A DNA stretch of 64,000 bases from Alphaproteobacteria bacterium (GTDB taxonomy: Bacteria > Pseudomonadota > Alphaproteobacteria > Rhizobiales > OSC116), in contig NVQL02000054.1 of the NCBI GenBank assembly GCA_002400495.2, forward strand, positions 7,219-71,218, read 5' to 3'. This document shows positions 9,596 through 18,222 of the stretch, one piece after another; within the stretch, counting starts at the first letter, position 1; every line of letters begins with the position of its first letter. The notes below the pieces were generated by a model. The model was not told the DNA's origin and did no database searches. It saw only the letters and a list, made by a program, of their open reading frames with translations. Both the position numbers and the translations under genes were made by a program.

Positions 9596-11392
9596 TTACA
9601 GGCCTTCATAATCATAGCCATCATCCTTACCGAGCCAAGTCAGAAAATCAGCTTCACTGCCAAATTCAATCCTTGTATCACCAATGTCATCTTTATAAAG
9701 ATCTTTTATATACTTAATGCCACTAGCATTCAGAGAACTAATCCGATATAGCTCGATTGAAGTTAAATGTTCTATAACCTTATCTCCATCAGTATATTCG
9801 AGTGTAAGTATAATTTCATTATTCATTTCATCTATATCAAACTTAATAGAATCAGAATCATATCCAGTACCATTATCTTCATCAAGTCCTTTTCTACCCA
9901 AAATAGCCACTGTATCTTCCTCAGCGCCACCATCTAGATAGTTTTCACCAGCCTTATCATTCGACAGTTCATCATTACCAGCTTCACCATATAAATAATC
10001 ATCACCTGCATCACCATGTAAAAAGTCACCCCCAGCTCCACCCCATACAGTATCACTACCACCTCGACCACTTATATTATCACTTCCACCTCCACCCCGT
10101 ATTTCATTGGCATTATCATCACCCCATATGAAGTCACCATATGCAGAGCCTATTATATTCTCTATAGAAACATAAGTATCCCCTTCAGCATAACCATTAG
10201 CGCCGCCAGCGGCATCTTTGCTACCATCACTGTACACAAATTCAGCTAAAAACGCGCGCACTCCGTCATCACTATTGCTATAGTCAACCGTATCATTACC
10301 ATCACCACCATCTAATATGTCAGCCCCAAGTCCACCATCAAATTTGTCATCGCCATCTCCACCAAATAATTCATTTTCATTTTCATCACCTGTTATAATG
10401 TCATCATATGCAGAGCCTATTACATTCTCTATCTCATACAATTCATCCCCAGCAGCATCACCAAAACTGCCAGCAGTACCATCTAAATACACTTTCACTC
10501 CGTCACTACTATTGCTATAGTCAGCCGTATCGGTACCCTCACCACCATGTAATTCGTCAGCCCCAAGTCCACCAACTAAAACATTGTCATTGGCATCACC
10601 ATATAATTTGTCAGCATATCTAGAGCCTATTATATTCTCTACAGTAAGCAAAACATCCCCTTCAGCATGACCACCAATGCCAGGGGTCTTAGTACCTCCA
10701 TTTATAACCACTATCACTCTTTCATCACTATCGCTATAGTCAACCGTATCGGTACCACCTTCACCATATAATTTGTCAGCCCCAGCTCCACCAGCCAAAA
10801 TATCATTGCCATCATTACCCCAAATAATATTGTCCTTGGCATCACCTGTTAGAATGTCATTACGCAGAGAGCCTACTACATTCTCTATATCATGCAAAGT
10901 ATCCCCTTCAGCATCACCACCACTGCCAGTGCCAGCATCTAAATCCACCGTCACTCCTGCATTACTAGTGCTATAGTCAGCCTCATCAATACCATCACCA
11001 CCATATAATATGTCAGCCCCAATTCCACCAATCAAAGTATCAGCCCCAATTCCACCAATCAAAGTATCATCGCCAATTCCACCAATCAAAGTATCATTGC
11101 CAGCAAGTCCATCTAAAGTATCATCGCCAGCAAGACCATCTAAAACATCATCGCCATCACTACCCTCCAGCCAATCATCTCCATTGGTTGCTTCTGCATC
11201 AGGTGTCCCTGTAGGCGTCGGAGTTGGCGTAGGCGTCGGAGTTGGCGTCGGCGTTGGCGTAGTTGCTTTTGTACCACAAGCGGCTAGGGTAAGTAATGAG
11301 GCGCTAGATAATAGTGTTAATTTGTTGGGTTTGTTTAGAATCCGTTTATTGTTACGTTCTGAAAATTGACGTAAAGATGTAGTTCTAGACAT
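9596..11392 (-). CDS. RTX/hemolysin-type Ca-binding repeat lipoprotein, array paralog 4 (598 aa)
   Basis: Full [48 protein letters not shown](PT)n, RTX blocks, and tail ...[17 protein letters not shown]. Confidence 0.85.
   Translation of the reverse strand: MSRTTSLRQFSERNNKRILNKPNKLTLLSSASLLTLAACGTKATTPTPTPTPTPTPTPTPTGTPDAEATNGDDWLEGSDGDDVLDGLAGDDTLDGLAGNDTLIGGIGDDTLIGGIGADTLIGGIGADILYGGDGIDEADYSTSNAGVTVDLDAGTGSGGDAEGDTLHDIENVVGSLRNDILTGDAKDNIIWGNDGNDILAGGAGADKLYGEGGTDTVDYSDSDERVIVVINGGTKTPGIGGHAEGDVLLTVENIIGSRYADKLYGDANDNVLVGGLGADELHGGEGTDTADYSNSSDGVKVYLDGTAGSFGDAAGDELYEIENVIGSAYDDIITGDENENELFGGDGDDKFDGGLGADILDGGDGNDTVDYSNSDDGVRAFLAEFVYSDGSKDAAGGANGYAEGDTYVSIENIIGSAYGDFIWGDDNANEIRGGGGSDNISGRGGSDTVWGGAGGDFLHGDAGDDYLYGEAGNDELSNDKAGENYLDGGAEEDTVAILGRKGLDEDNGTGYDSDSIKFDIDEMNNEIILTLEYTDGDKVIEHLTSIELYRISSLNASGIKYIKDLYKDDIGDTRIEFGSEADFLTWLGKDDGYDYEGL
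11211..11264 (-). repeat. hexanucleotide repeat, 9 units GTNGGN, encoding the TP stalk of paralog 4
   Basis: gtaggc gtcgga gttggc gtaggc gtcgga gttggc gtcggc gttggc gtagtt. It contains an 18-bp super-unit repeated twice. Confidence 0.85.
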
Positions 11393-11472
11393 ATTTAATA
11401 CTCCATAAAAAAAAGTGTTGCATTTTTTTGATGAGAAAATTGAATCTTATAAAAATGCTTATAATAAAATTA

Positions 11473-11512
11473 CATAAATGGAACTTTTAATCAAATTAAA
11501 ATTCCATTTATG
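11473..11512. promoter_or_regulatory. perfect inverted repeat CATAAATGGAA-N18-TTCCATTTATG (candidate operator), copy D
   Basis: 11 of 11 arm positions are complementary. It lies 81 nt upstream of the paralog 4 ATG and 27 nt upstream of the HTH relic ATG. Confidence 0.45.
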
Positions 11513-11538
11513 CTATTTATTTCACAATTAGGTTTAAT

Positions 11539-11746
11539 ATGGAGTTAACAGAACTTCAAAAAAAGGCTAAAAGCAGCAGGTGGAAACAAAAAGGTTTCTG
11601 AGCTATCAAATATCCCCTTAGGCACGTTAAACAACGATATAAGAGGCGTCTCTGAACCAACTTTAGCGAAAATTATTGATATTGTTAATATTTGCAATGT
11701 TTCAATCGATTGGCTTGCCTATGGTGAAGGCTTCGCAAATAGATGA
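11539..11746 (+). pseudogene. frameshifted XRE/Cro-type HTH gene, copy D (best preserved C-terminal part)
   Basis: ATG..MELTELQKKAKSSRWKQKGF* in frame 1. A second frame reads AAGGNKKVSELSNIPLGTLNNDIRGVSEPTLAKIIDIVNICNVSIDWLAYGEGFANR*. The length of 208 nt is not a multiple of 3. Confidence 0.6.
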
Positions 11747-11880
11747 CCTATATCAGATCACAATCAAGATCTTTTAGCAGCAAAGCATTAACCACCATCT
11801 CCTGACATTCATTAGGCTAAGCTCTGACAAATGTTTTACGGCTATGACTTAATCTAAAATGAGCTAGCTTAATGCCTAGG

Positions 11881-12750
11881 TCACATAATCCTAGTTAATT
11901 CCTGGAGCAACTGATCGGATTCAGGTCGTGAGGGTTGGTGGCGATAACGCAGCGCAAACACTTGGCGTTCAATCCCAACCCCTTCAATAGGCATCGAGAC
12001 AAGGCCTGCTTCTTCCGGAATGGCTGTTTCAGGTAAAATCACACACCCCGCACCTTTTCGTGCAAGTTCTAATAACCAATCAACGTGGTTTGATCGATAG
12101 GCTGCGTAAAGAGTATGACCATGCTCGGCGATGGTTTTATGCAGAATGTCACGCATCTCGCAATTAGGTCGGTCAAGCATATCAGTGGCTGCTAACATCT
12201 CCATAGTTACGCTTTTTTGATGGCTCAATGGGTGTTTTATTGAAACCACAGCGCGATAACCTTCTTGGTATAACGGGTTAACTCGATAAATCTCGGGTGA
12301 AACCTCGCTAGCTGTAATCACCATATCAAAGCGACCTTCCCGAAGCACTGTAAGTAAGGTCTGTTGGTCCTCTACGATCAGTTCAATATCAGCCCGCGGC
12401 TGTAAAGTTCGAAAACGCTCTATGGCTTCCGATATTTTGGCTTGTCCGATGGTTTTACCCACCCCAAGAGTAATCGGAACGCGTTCAAGCCTTACATGAC
12501 GTATAGCCTTTGCCTTTGCTTCGCGTGTTTGCTGTTGCACATTGAGTAAATGTGGAAGCATAAGCGTGCCCAATGGGGTTAAGCGACAACCAGCCCGATC
12601 TCGCAAAAAAAGCACACCACCTAATTCATCCTCTAATTTCTTGATTGAAGATGTGAGAGAAGGTTGTGAAACGTTTGTTGCACGCGCAGCGTGTGTAAAA
12701 TTTTTATGCTCGCAAACGGCTAAAAAATAACGAATTTGGTTCATCTGCAT
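11881..12750 (-). CDS. LysR-family transcriptional regulator
   Basis: N-terminal wHTH MNQIRYFLAVCEHKNFTHAARATNVSQPSLTSSIKKLEDELGGVLFLR. 289 aa, divergent from 12918..13643. Confidence 0.9.
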   Translation of the reverse strand: MQMNQIRYFLAVCEHKNFTHAARATNVSQPSLTSSIKKLEDELGGVLFLRDRAGCRLTPLGTLMLPHLLNVQQQTREAKAKAIRHVRLERVPITLGVGKTIGQAKISEAIERFRTLQPRADIELIVEDQQTLLTVLREGRFDMVITASEVSPEIYRVNPLYQEGYRAVVSIKHPLSHQKSVTMEMLAATDMLDRPNCEMRDILHKTIAEHGHTLYAAYRSNHVDWLLELARKGAGCVILPETAIPEEAGLVSMPIEGVGIERQVFALRYRHQPSRPESDQLLQELTRIM

Positions 12751-12917
12751 TGATAAATCTCTTTCCCCAATTAAAGTAATAAAAAAAATATTAGTACTTT
12801 TAGTTCCATAGTCAATAGCTATCGAAAAATAGAAAACAAGAATTGGTATTTACAATTCGCTTGGTAGATAAAGGACGTGCTGAAGAATTAACAAACCTAA
12901 CCAAATAGGAGTATAAA

Positions 12918-13643
12918 ATGACAAATATATTAATCAAAACTCTCAGTATTTTAGCCCTTATGACAGCAACATCGACCTATGCACAGGAGAAAATTATGGT
13001 AGATCAAAAAGCAAGTTACATAGAAATAATTGCGGCAGAAAATCAAGGGAGCAAGCTAGCTCAATTTCTGACCAACGCAGCACCTTTGGTCAAGCAAACA
13101 GAGCCTGAAACAAATTTATGGTTTGCTCTACAAGCGTCTGATGACAAACATGCTATTTTTGATATTTTTCTCGACGAAGACGCCCGTAACACACATTATT
13201 CCGGTGCAGTTGCCAACGCTTTAAAAGAAAATGCGAGTAAGTTGGTCAAAGGTGGTTGGTTAAATGGAGTTGTTGACAATATCAACAATTCAACCGTGTT
13301 GTCGGCAAACCAACCTTCCGACCTGTATAGCGCAACTACGGCTACATATATCAAACTTACAGCAGCGCAAGGCCAAAGTGAAGAACTGGCGGCATTGCTA
13401 ACAGCTGCAGGCCAAATCGTCTCCGAGACAGAACCTAAGACACTGTTCTGGGTGGCTTTGCAACTGGATAGCCAAAACTTTGCAATCTATGATATTTTCG
13501 CAGATGAAACGGGTCGCACGGCGCATTTCGCGGGGCAGGTCGCTGGCCTTCTGAAAGAAAAAGCCGCAACCCTTGTCCAAGGTGGATGGGATGATGGAGT
13601 GGTCGCAAATATCAGTAATTACAAGATTCTCGCAATCAATTGA
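12918..13643 (+). CDS. secreted protein with two tandem ABM (antibiotic-biosynthesis-monooxygenase-like) domains
   Basis: Signal peptide MTNILIKTLSILALMTATSTYAQE. Two ~100-aa halves align with each other (TEPETNLWFALQ..IFDIFLDEDARNTHYSG / TEPKTLFWVALQ..IYDIFADETGRTAHFAG). Confidence 0.6.
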   Translation: MTNILIKTLSILALMTATSTYAQEKIMVDQKASYIEIIAAENQGSKLAQFLTNAAPLVKQTEPETNLWFALQASDDKHAIFDIFLDEDARNTHYSGAVANALKENASKLVKGGWLNGVVDNINNSTVLSANQPSDLYSATTATYIKLTAAQGQSEELAALLTAAGQIVSETEPKTLFWVALQLDSQNFAIYDIFADETGRTAHFAGQVAGLLKEKAATLVQGGWDDGVVANISNYKILAIN

Positions 13644-13720
13644 AACAAGGATAACTATTTTGCCCGCGATCCATAGTTGCGGGCAAATAAAAATATGGTT
13701 AATTCAATAAATGGGGACGT

Positions 13721-13915
13721 ATGCCTGATACCAATCAAAAAAAAATTGCAAATTCAATTTTTAATCAAAAATCTTTTTCTAAAGACATTCAACCAACAAT
13801 AACAATAAATTGCGAAAACCCGATAATATTTAACGGGGATATGACTTTTTCAGATTCTGACAACAGCCAAACATTAGAACAAGTCATTCAAAACCATTTA
13901 AGTGGTAAAAACTAA
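13721..13915 (+). CDS. hypothetical small protein (64 aa)
   Basis: ORF only, with no recognisable motif. Confidence 0.2.
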   Translation: MPDTNQKKIANSIFNQKSFSKDIQPTITINCENPIIFNGDMTFSDSDNSQTLEQVIQNHLSGKN

Positions 13916-14062
13916 TTATACTAACCTTTAAATACCATTAAACCGCTATTTAAAGGCCTTTTAGTCTAAATTGTGCAAAATGTGATTATCCTCAAATACA
14001 ACCAAAACCCACCCAGAAAATTCAAAATAATTTTCCGTATTCACATTTTCTCCAAAGCCAAA

Positions 14063-14100
14063 CGCCACAAAGAAAAGGCCCGCAACCTAAGTTGCGAGCC
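14063..14100 (-). terminator. rho-independent terminator of 14130..16205
   Basis: The minus strand reads GGCTCGCAAC-TTAG-GTTGCGGGCC followed by TTTTCTTT, 30 nt past the stop. Confidence 0.7.
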
Positions 14101-14129
14101 TCATAACATTCAATAACTAAATCTTTGCC

Positions 14130-16205
14130 TTACACGAATACAAAGTCCGCACCAGTTAAAGAGCCAGTGAGCGTGGTCATTGTACCAATTATTATTTCAC
14201 TACCGTTAGAGAAATCGCCGTCGGCGTCAAAAAGAAGCCTATTATTAGTGGTGTCATAAGCCAGAGCACCACCACCATATTGGCCACTTAAATCAGCCGC
14301 TTGAATATTCACCAGCGTATCTACCAAAACATACTGTACACCAGCACCAGCACCAAGAGCACCAATAGTGGCCGCATCACCAACCGTGGCTGCACCAGCC
14401 GCCGCCGCATAGCTAGCAGCTGTAAAGTTAAACACATCATCCGCCGTAACAAACTCGACAACATTCATAGCGTTTGCCACTAACACAGTGTTAGCATAAT
14501 TAAATGTATCAGCACCAGCGCCACCAGTTACCGTATCGATACCTGCACCACCAGTAATTGTATCGGCACCACTACCACCAGTAATGGTATCAGCACCACC
14601 CGTTGCAATAACAGTTAGCGCGCCCGTAAAGGCAGAGGCATCAACAATGACACCGCTAGCAGTAGCCAGATTTGCAAGTATCAGATCAGCATTACCCGTC
14701 ACAACAATTTTAGCACCAGAGGTTAAAGTCAGTGTCGAGATTTCATTTTTTTCAGCAGTTGATGCACCTAAATCATATGATCCAATATTGATTGTCTCAA
14801 TGGTTGAAACATCAATATCATTCTGAGTTATATCTGCTGCCACCACGACTAAGTTTAGATTAAGAACATCAGTAAGACCATCCACTAGAGGAACAAAAGT
14901 AATCCCATTAACTGTATTAGAAGCCGTTAGAGTGAAAGTATCTCCAGTAACCAAATCGTAGGTGCGGGCACCACCAGCAGTGTTATCAGCAGTGAAGGTA
15001 AACTTACTAATATCTGTAAATGAATTAGAAGAAAAGCCAGTAATCAATGTGTCAACCTGAAGAACTTCAAAGTTTTTGGCTCTATTAACATTAGTAATAA
15101 TGTTCGCATTCTTCAAATCGCCGCCAGCTATCACAAGCGTATCTTCATCAGCACCACCATCAATAGTGGTTACTTTTGTACCAGCAACAACCAGGGCTAC
15201 GGTCAAATCCATGGCCGAAATATCAATTGTATCATTCCCAGCACCGCCAGTGATTGCAATGGTGGCCGTCGGAACCACCACTTCAAATTCGTCCTTACCA
15301 GACCCACCTTTTACCGATGTTGTGGCGGCATCTGTTTTAAGTTTAACTCCACCACTACTATCTTCCGCATCTACTGTAGCAATGGTCGCGCTTAATGTAC
15401 CAAGTGTCACTTCGCCAGCGCCTTTAACAGTCACATCAGCTTCAGCCGCTGTTGCGCCAGAAAGGTTGATTTGGGTTGTCATGGCGGCGTCAATATTGAT
15501 TGTTGAAGCTTTAGAAAAATCGTTATTTGTATCAATAACCGCAGCACCAGTAATTGTAAGGTTGATAGTTTCACTATCATCAGCATCAATGCCAGCGCCT
15601 GCTGAGGCTTCGCCTATGGTAATATTCGCAACATCTGTAGAGCCTGTAGCACCACTATAGTCAATTGTAAGCACATTCGCGTCAAGATCATCAATACTAA
15701 TTGTTGTGGTTGCAGCAATACCACTTATGGTCGTGTTATTGGTCAATTTGTCCAATTTCACACTTGTATAACCATCACTATCGCCATCGATAGAAACGAT
15801 ATTACCACCGTTACGCACATCAAGAATTTCAATATTTTTTATGGTTGCAATGCCTGTATCAAAAGCCGCCACATTAGTCGCGACGATAAGAGTGTCAGTA
15901 CCAGAACCACCATTAAGAACTTCACCAGCAGTGAACGTTTCAATACCACCAGGAAGATTGGCAATAAACCTATCATCACCAGAATCGCCCGATAAAATAT
16001 CCTTGCCGATTGTAAGCTCAAAGGTTTGGCCTTCTGGTGTCGGAGTTGGTGTCGGAGTTGGTGTCGGTGTCGGAGTGGTCGCCGCGGGCAGACAAGCTGT
16101 TAGCAAAGCAGCCATACTAGACATAGCAAGAATTTGAGAATTTTTGGTGATTAGTTGTCTTGTCTTCTTTTTGGCGGTGGTACCAAATACAACATGTTTA
16201 TTCAT
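14130..16205 (-). CDS. large surface lipoprotein with TP stalk, Thr/Ala/Ile/Asp-rich repetitive body and C-terminal RTX repeats
   Basis: ORF trimmed to MNKHVVFGTTAKKKTRQLITKNSQILAMSSMAALLTAC, with GAGG 8 nt upstream. Lipobox LLTAC, then ATT(PT)7 EG, and C-terminal GGADTITGGSGADTITGGAGIDTVTGGAGADTF. Confidence 0.75.
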   Translation of the reverse strand: MNKHVVFGTTAKKKTRQLITKNSQILAMSSMAALLTACLPAATTPTPTPTPTPTPTPEGQTFELTIGKDILSGDSGDDRFIANLPGGIETFTAGEVLNGGSGTDTLIVATNVAAFDTGIATIKNIEILDVRNGGNIVSIDGDSDGYTSVKLDKLTNNTTISGIAATTTISIDDLDANVLTIDYSGATGSTDVANITIGEASAGAGIDADDSETINLTITGAAVIDTNNDFSKASTINIDAAMTTQINLSGATAAEADVTVKGAGEVTLGTLSATIATVDAEDSSGGVKLKTDAATTSVKGGSGKDEFEVVVPTATIAITGGAGNDTIDISAMDLTVALVVAGTKVTTIDGGADEDTLVIAGGDLKNANIITNVNRAKNFEVLQVDTLITGFSSNSFTDISKFTFTADNTAGGARTYDLVTGDTFTLTASNTVNGITFVPLVDGLTDVLNLNLVVVAADITQNDIDVSTIETINIGSYDLGASTAEKNEISTLTLTSGAKIVVTGNADLILANLATASGVIVDASAFTGALTVIATGGADTITGGSGADTITGGAGIDTVTGGAGADTFNYANTVLVANAMNVVEFVTADDVFNFTAASYAAAAGAATVGDAATIGALGAGAGVQYVLVDTLVNIQAADLSGQYGGGALAYDTTNNRLLFDADGDFSNGSEIIIGTMTTLTGSLTGADFVFV
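16036..16077 (-). repeat. hexanucleotide repeat, 7 units GGNGTN, encoding the TP stalk of 14130..16205
   Basis: ggtgtc ggagtt ggtgtc ggagtt ggtgtc ggtgtc ggagtg. Confidence 0.85.
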
Positions 16206-16378
16206 TGATTTTACCTCATAACAAATTAAATCGATCACTAGCGCCCAATTTACAGGCCTAAAGTTAACTAAAGTATAAAATTAACCAATAAATTTGTTAC
16301 GCCCCAATCCTCCTATACCCAGGCATAGAAGTCACGAATACTTGCCGAATTTAAATAACTTATATTACTAACTGGCAG

Positions 16379-17011
16379 TTAATTTTCAGAGATAACCTGC
16401 GCCACCTCAGCAGCAAAAATTTTATGCTGCGATGCTGCCCAATGCGCCCCATCCACCATGCTAGACGTAATGTGCGCCCCTGCATTCATAAAATATATAT
16501 CAGCCTTCTCGGCCATTTCTTCATAATGCGCAGGCATTTCGTGCGATTTAGCTTCACCTCCACCCAATATAGCCATCGGGTTGTCACAATCTTCAATAAT
16601 CGGCGGCGGGCAGATCAGCAATATTTTAACCGGTTCGCCCGCAGCACCAATATCTTCGCGCTTAATGTCATCCACCAACACCATAGCGCCAAGCGCAATC
16701 TCACGTGCCGTTTTGTTAAAGCGGGTTTTTAAATCATTCGTGCCCAACATAATCACCACCCAATCAAGCGGCCGATGGCTGTGCAAAATCGGCAATAAAG
16801 GCATGCGGCCATTGCGCCACGTCCCTTCAATCGGGTCGTCAGTCACCGTGGTGCGCCCGCCCAATCCCTCTTCAATAATACGATATTCATCACCCAAATT
16901 GGCTTGCAAAACACTGGTCCACCTCACGCCCAACGGGTAGCGCCCATCAGCATGCCCCTCAACCGAAGCCCCCCACGTATTGCTATCGCCATAACATAAT
17001 ATATTCTGCAT
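16379..17011 (-). CDS. SGNH/GDSL-family hydrolase (esterase)
   Basis: Block I: MQNILCYGDSNTWG. GTND block. DGAHW (DxxH) near the C-terminus. 210 aa. Confidence 0.85.
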   Translation of the reverse strand: MQNILCYGDSNTWGASVEGHADGRYPLGVRWTSVLQANLGDEYRIIEEGLGGRTTVTDDPIEGTWRNGRMPLLPILHSHRPLDWVVIMLGTNDLKTRFNKTAREIALGAMVLVDDIKREDIGAAGEPVKILLICPPPIIEDCDNPMAILGGGEAKSHEMPAHYEEMAEKADIYFMNAGAHITSSMVDGAHWAASQHKIFAAEVAQVISEN

Positions 17012-17020
17012 TCTGCCCCC

Positions 17021-18214
17021 TTAAGCCAACCGCTCTATAACATGTTGGGCAATCATCAATTCTTCGTTAGTTTTCATTGCCCATAACGCGACTTTACTCT
17101 GTGATGCAGATATTTGCAAATGGCCTTTGTCATTGATATTTCCATCATTGGCAATCGGGTCAATCACCGCCCCACACCAGCCAAGTTTCTCACATATTTT
17201 TTGCCGAACCAAGCCCGAATTCTCACCAATCCCACCCGTAAATATAACCGCGTCCACACCATCAAGAACCGCAGTAAATCGTCCAATTTGCTCCACGATA
17301 GAGCGGCAAAAAGCCTCAACCGCCAGTTTCGCATTCGGCGCGTCTGATGCCACCAAAGTCGCCATGTCATTACTCATACCCGAAATACCAAGCAAGCCAG
17401 ATTGATTGTAAAATATACGCTTCACTTCAGCCACACTCATCCCCTCATTCTCCAGCAGATGAAACACCACCCCGGGGTCAATACTGCCCGAACGCTTACC
17501 CATAATCGCCCCATCCAAAGCCGTAAACCCCATACTAGTCGCAAAAGATTTACCTGCCTTAATCGCACATAAACTCACCCCATTACCCATATGCGCCACA
17601 ATGATTTTCTCATATTTTTCATCGCTTACATCATCAATCTGACCATTAATATATTCATAAGACAGCCCATGAAACCCATAACGCCGAATGCCCTTATCAC
17701 GAATATCCTGCGGCAAAGCCATCAATTGCGAAAGCGGGTCAAGCGTCCGATGAAACCCCGTATCAAAACACCCAACCTGTAACAAATCGGGCATGGTCTC
17801 AAACAAATATTCAATCGCCGCTAAATTATGCGGCTGATGCTGCGGCGCAAGCTTAATCAAGCCTTTCAACTCAACCAAATTATCCGCATCAAGCACAATA
17901 GGCGCCGCAAATACCGTGCCACCATGCACAATCCGGTGCCCAACCGCTGCTATATGCTCAAACCCCAAAGCCGAAATTTTGCTAAGTATCAACTCCACAC
18001 AATCCTGATGAGTAAAACCCGTTGCCAACGTCTCATCAACAATCCGCCCCCCAGCTTCATTATCAATTTTCAACCGCGCTTCACAGGTTTTTTCATTAAC
18101 GTTAGACATCGCAAAATGCAGCAATTCCTTCGGCTCATCACCAGTCTCAAATAGAGCAGCCTTAACACTAGATGAACCCGCATTCAGAACCAAAATTAAA
18201 TCAGATTTTTTCAT
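17021..18214 (-). CDS. ackA: acetate kinase
   Basis: ORF trimmed to MKKSDLILVLNAGSSSVKAALFE. Also FHRTL, RYGFHGLSYEY and IFTGGIGEN motifs. Confidence 0.9.
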   Translation of the reverse strand: MKKSDLILVLNAGSSSVKAALFETGDEPKELLHFAMSNVNEKTCEARLKIDNEAGGRIVDETLATGFTHQDCVELILSKISALGFEHIAAVGHRIVHGGTVFAAPIVLDADNLVELKGLIKLAPQHQPHNLAAIEYLFETMPDLLQVGCFDTGFHRTLDPLSQLMALPQDIRDKGIRRYGFHGLSYEYINGQIDDVSDEKYEKIIVAHMGNGVSLCAIKAGKSFATSMGFTALDGAIMGKRSGSIDPGVVFHLLENEGMSVAEVKRIFYNQSGLLGISGMSNDMATLVASDAPNAKLAVEAFCRSIVEQIGRFTAVLDGVDAVIFTGGIGENSGLVRQKICEKLGWCGAVIDPIANDGNINDKGHLQISASQSKVALWAMKTNEELMIAQHVIERLA

Positions 18215-18222
18215 CAATTTAC

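Larger units (their letters stand above)
11393..11880. repeat. inter-paralog spacer, copy D (right-hand end of the array; similarity stops near 11750)
   Basis: Colinear with copies A-C from 11393 to about 11746. Unique sequence then runs up to the LysR gene. Confidence 0.75.

Noticed and set aside
887-11369. Many + strand ORFs inside the RTX genes. Some are His-rich (887..1102, 5111..5389, 5993..6286, 8354..8578, 10408..10623). Others are SAPxPPxKVS-type (1312..1767, 6151..6408, 7450..7731, 10317..10520, 10773..10976, 11010..11369).
   Set aside because: They are the reverse-complement reading of GGxGxD and (TP)n repeat codons. They are low-complexity, lack start contexts, and each is fully nested in a strong minus-strand gene with recognisable domains.
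13659-13687. Hairpin TTTGCCCGC-11 nt-GCGGGCAAA after the ABM gene, considered as a rho-independent terminator.
   Set aside because: No U-run follows the stem on either strand, because the T and A runs are themselves part of the stem. I left it unannotated; it may still pause or stabilise RNA.
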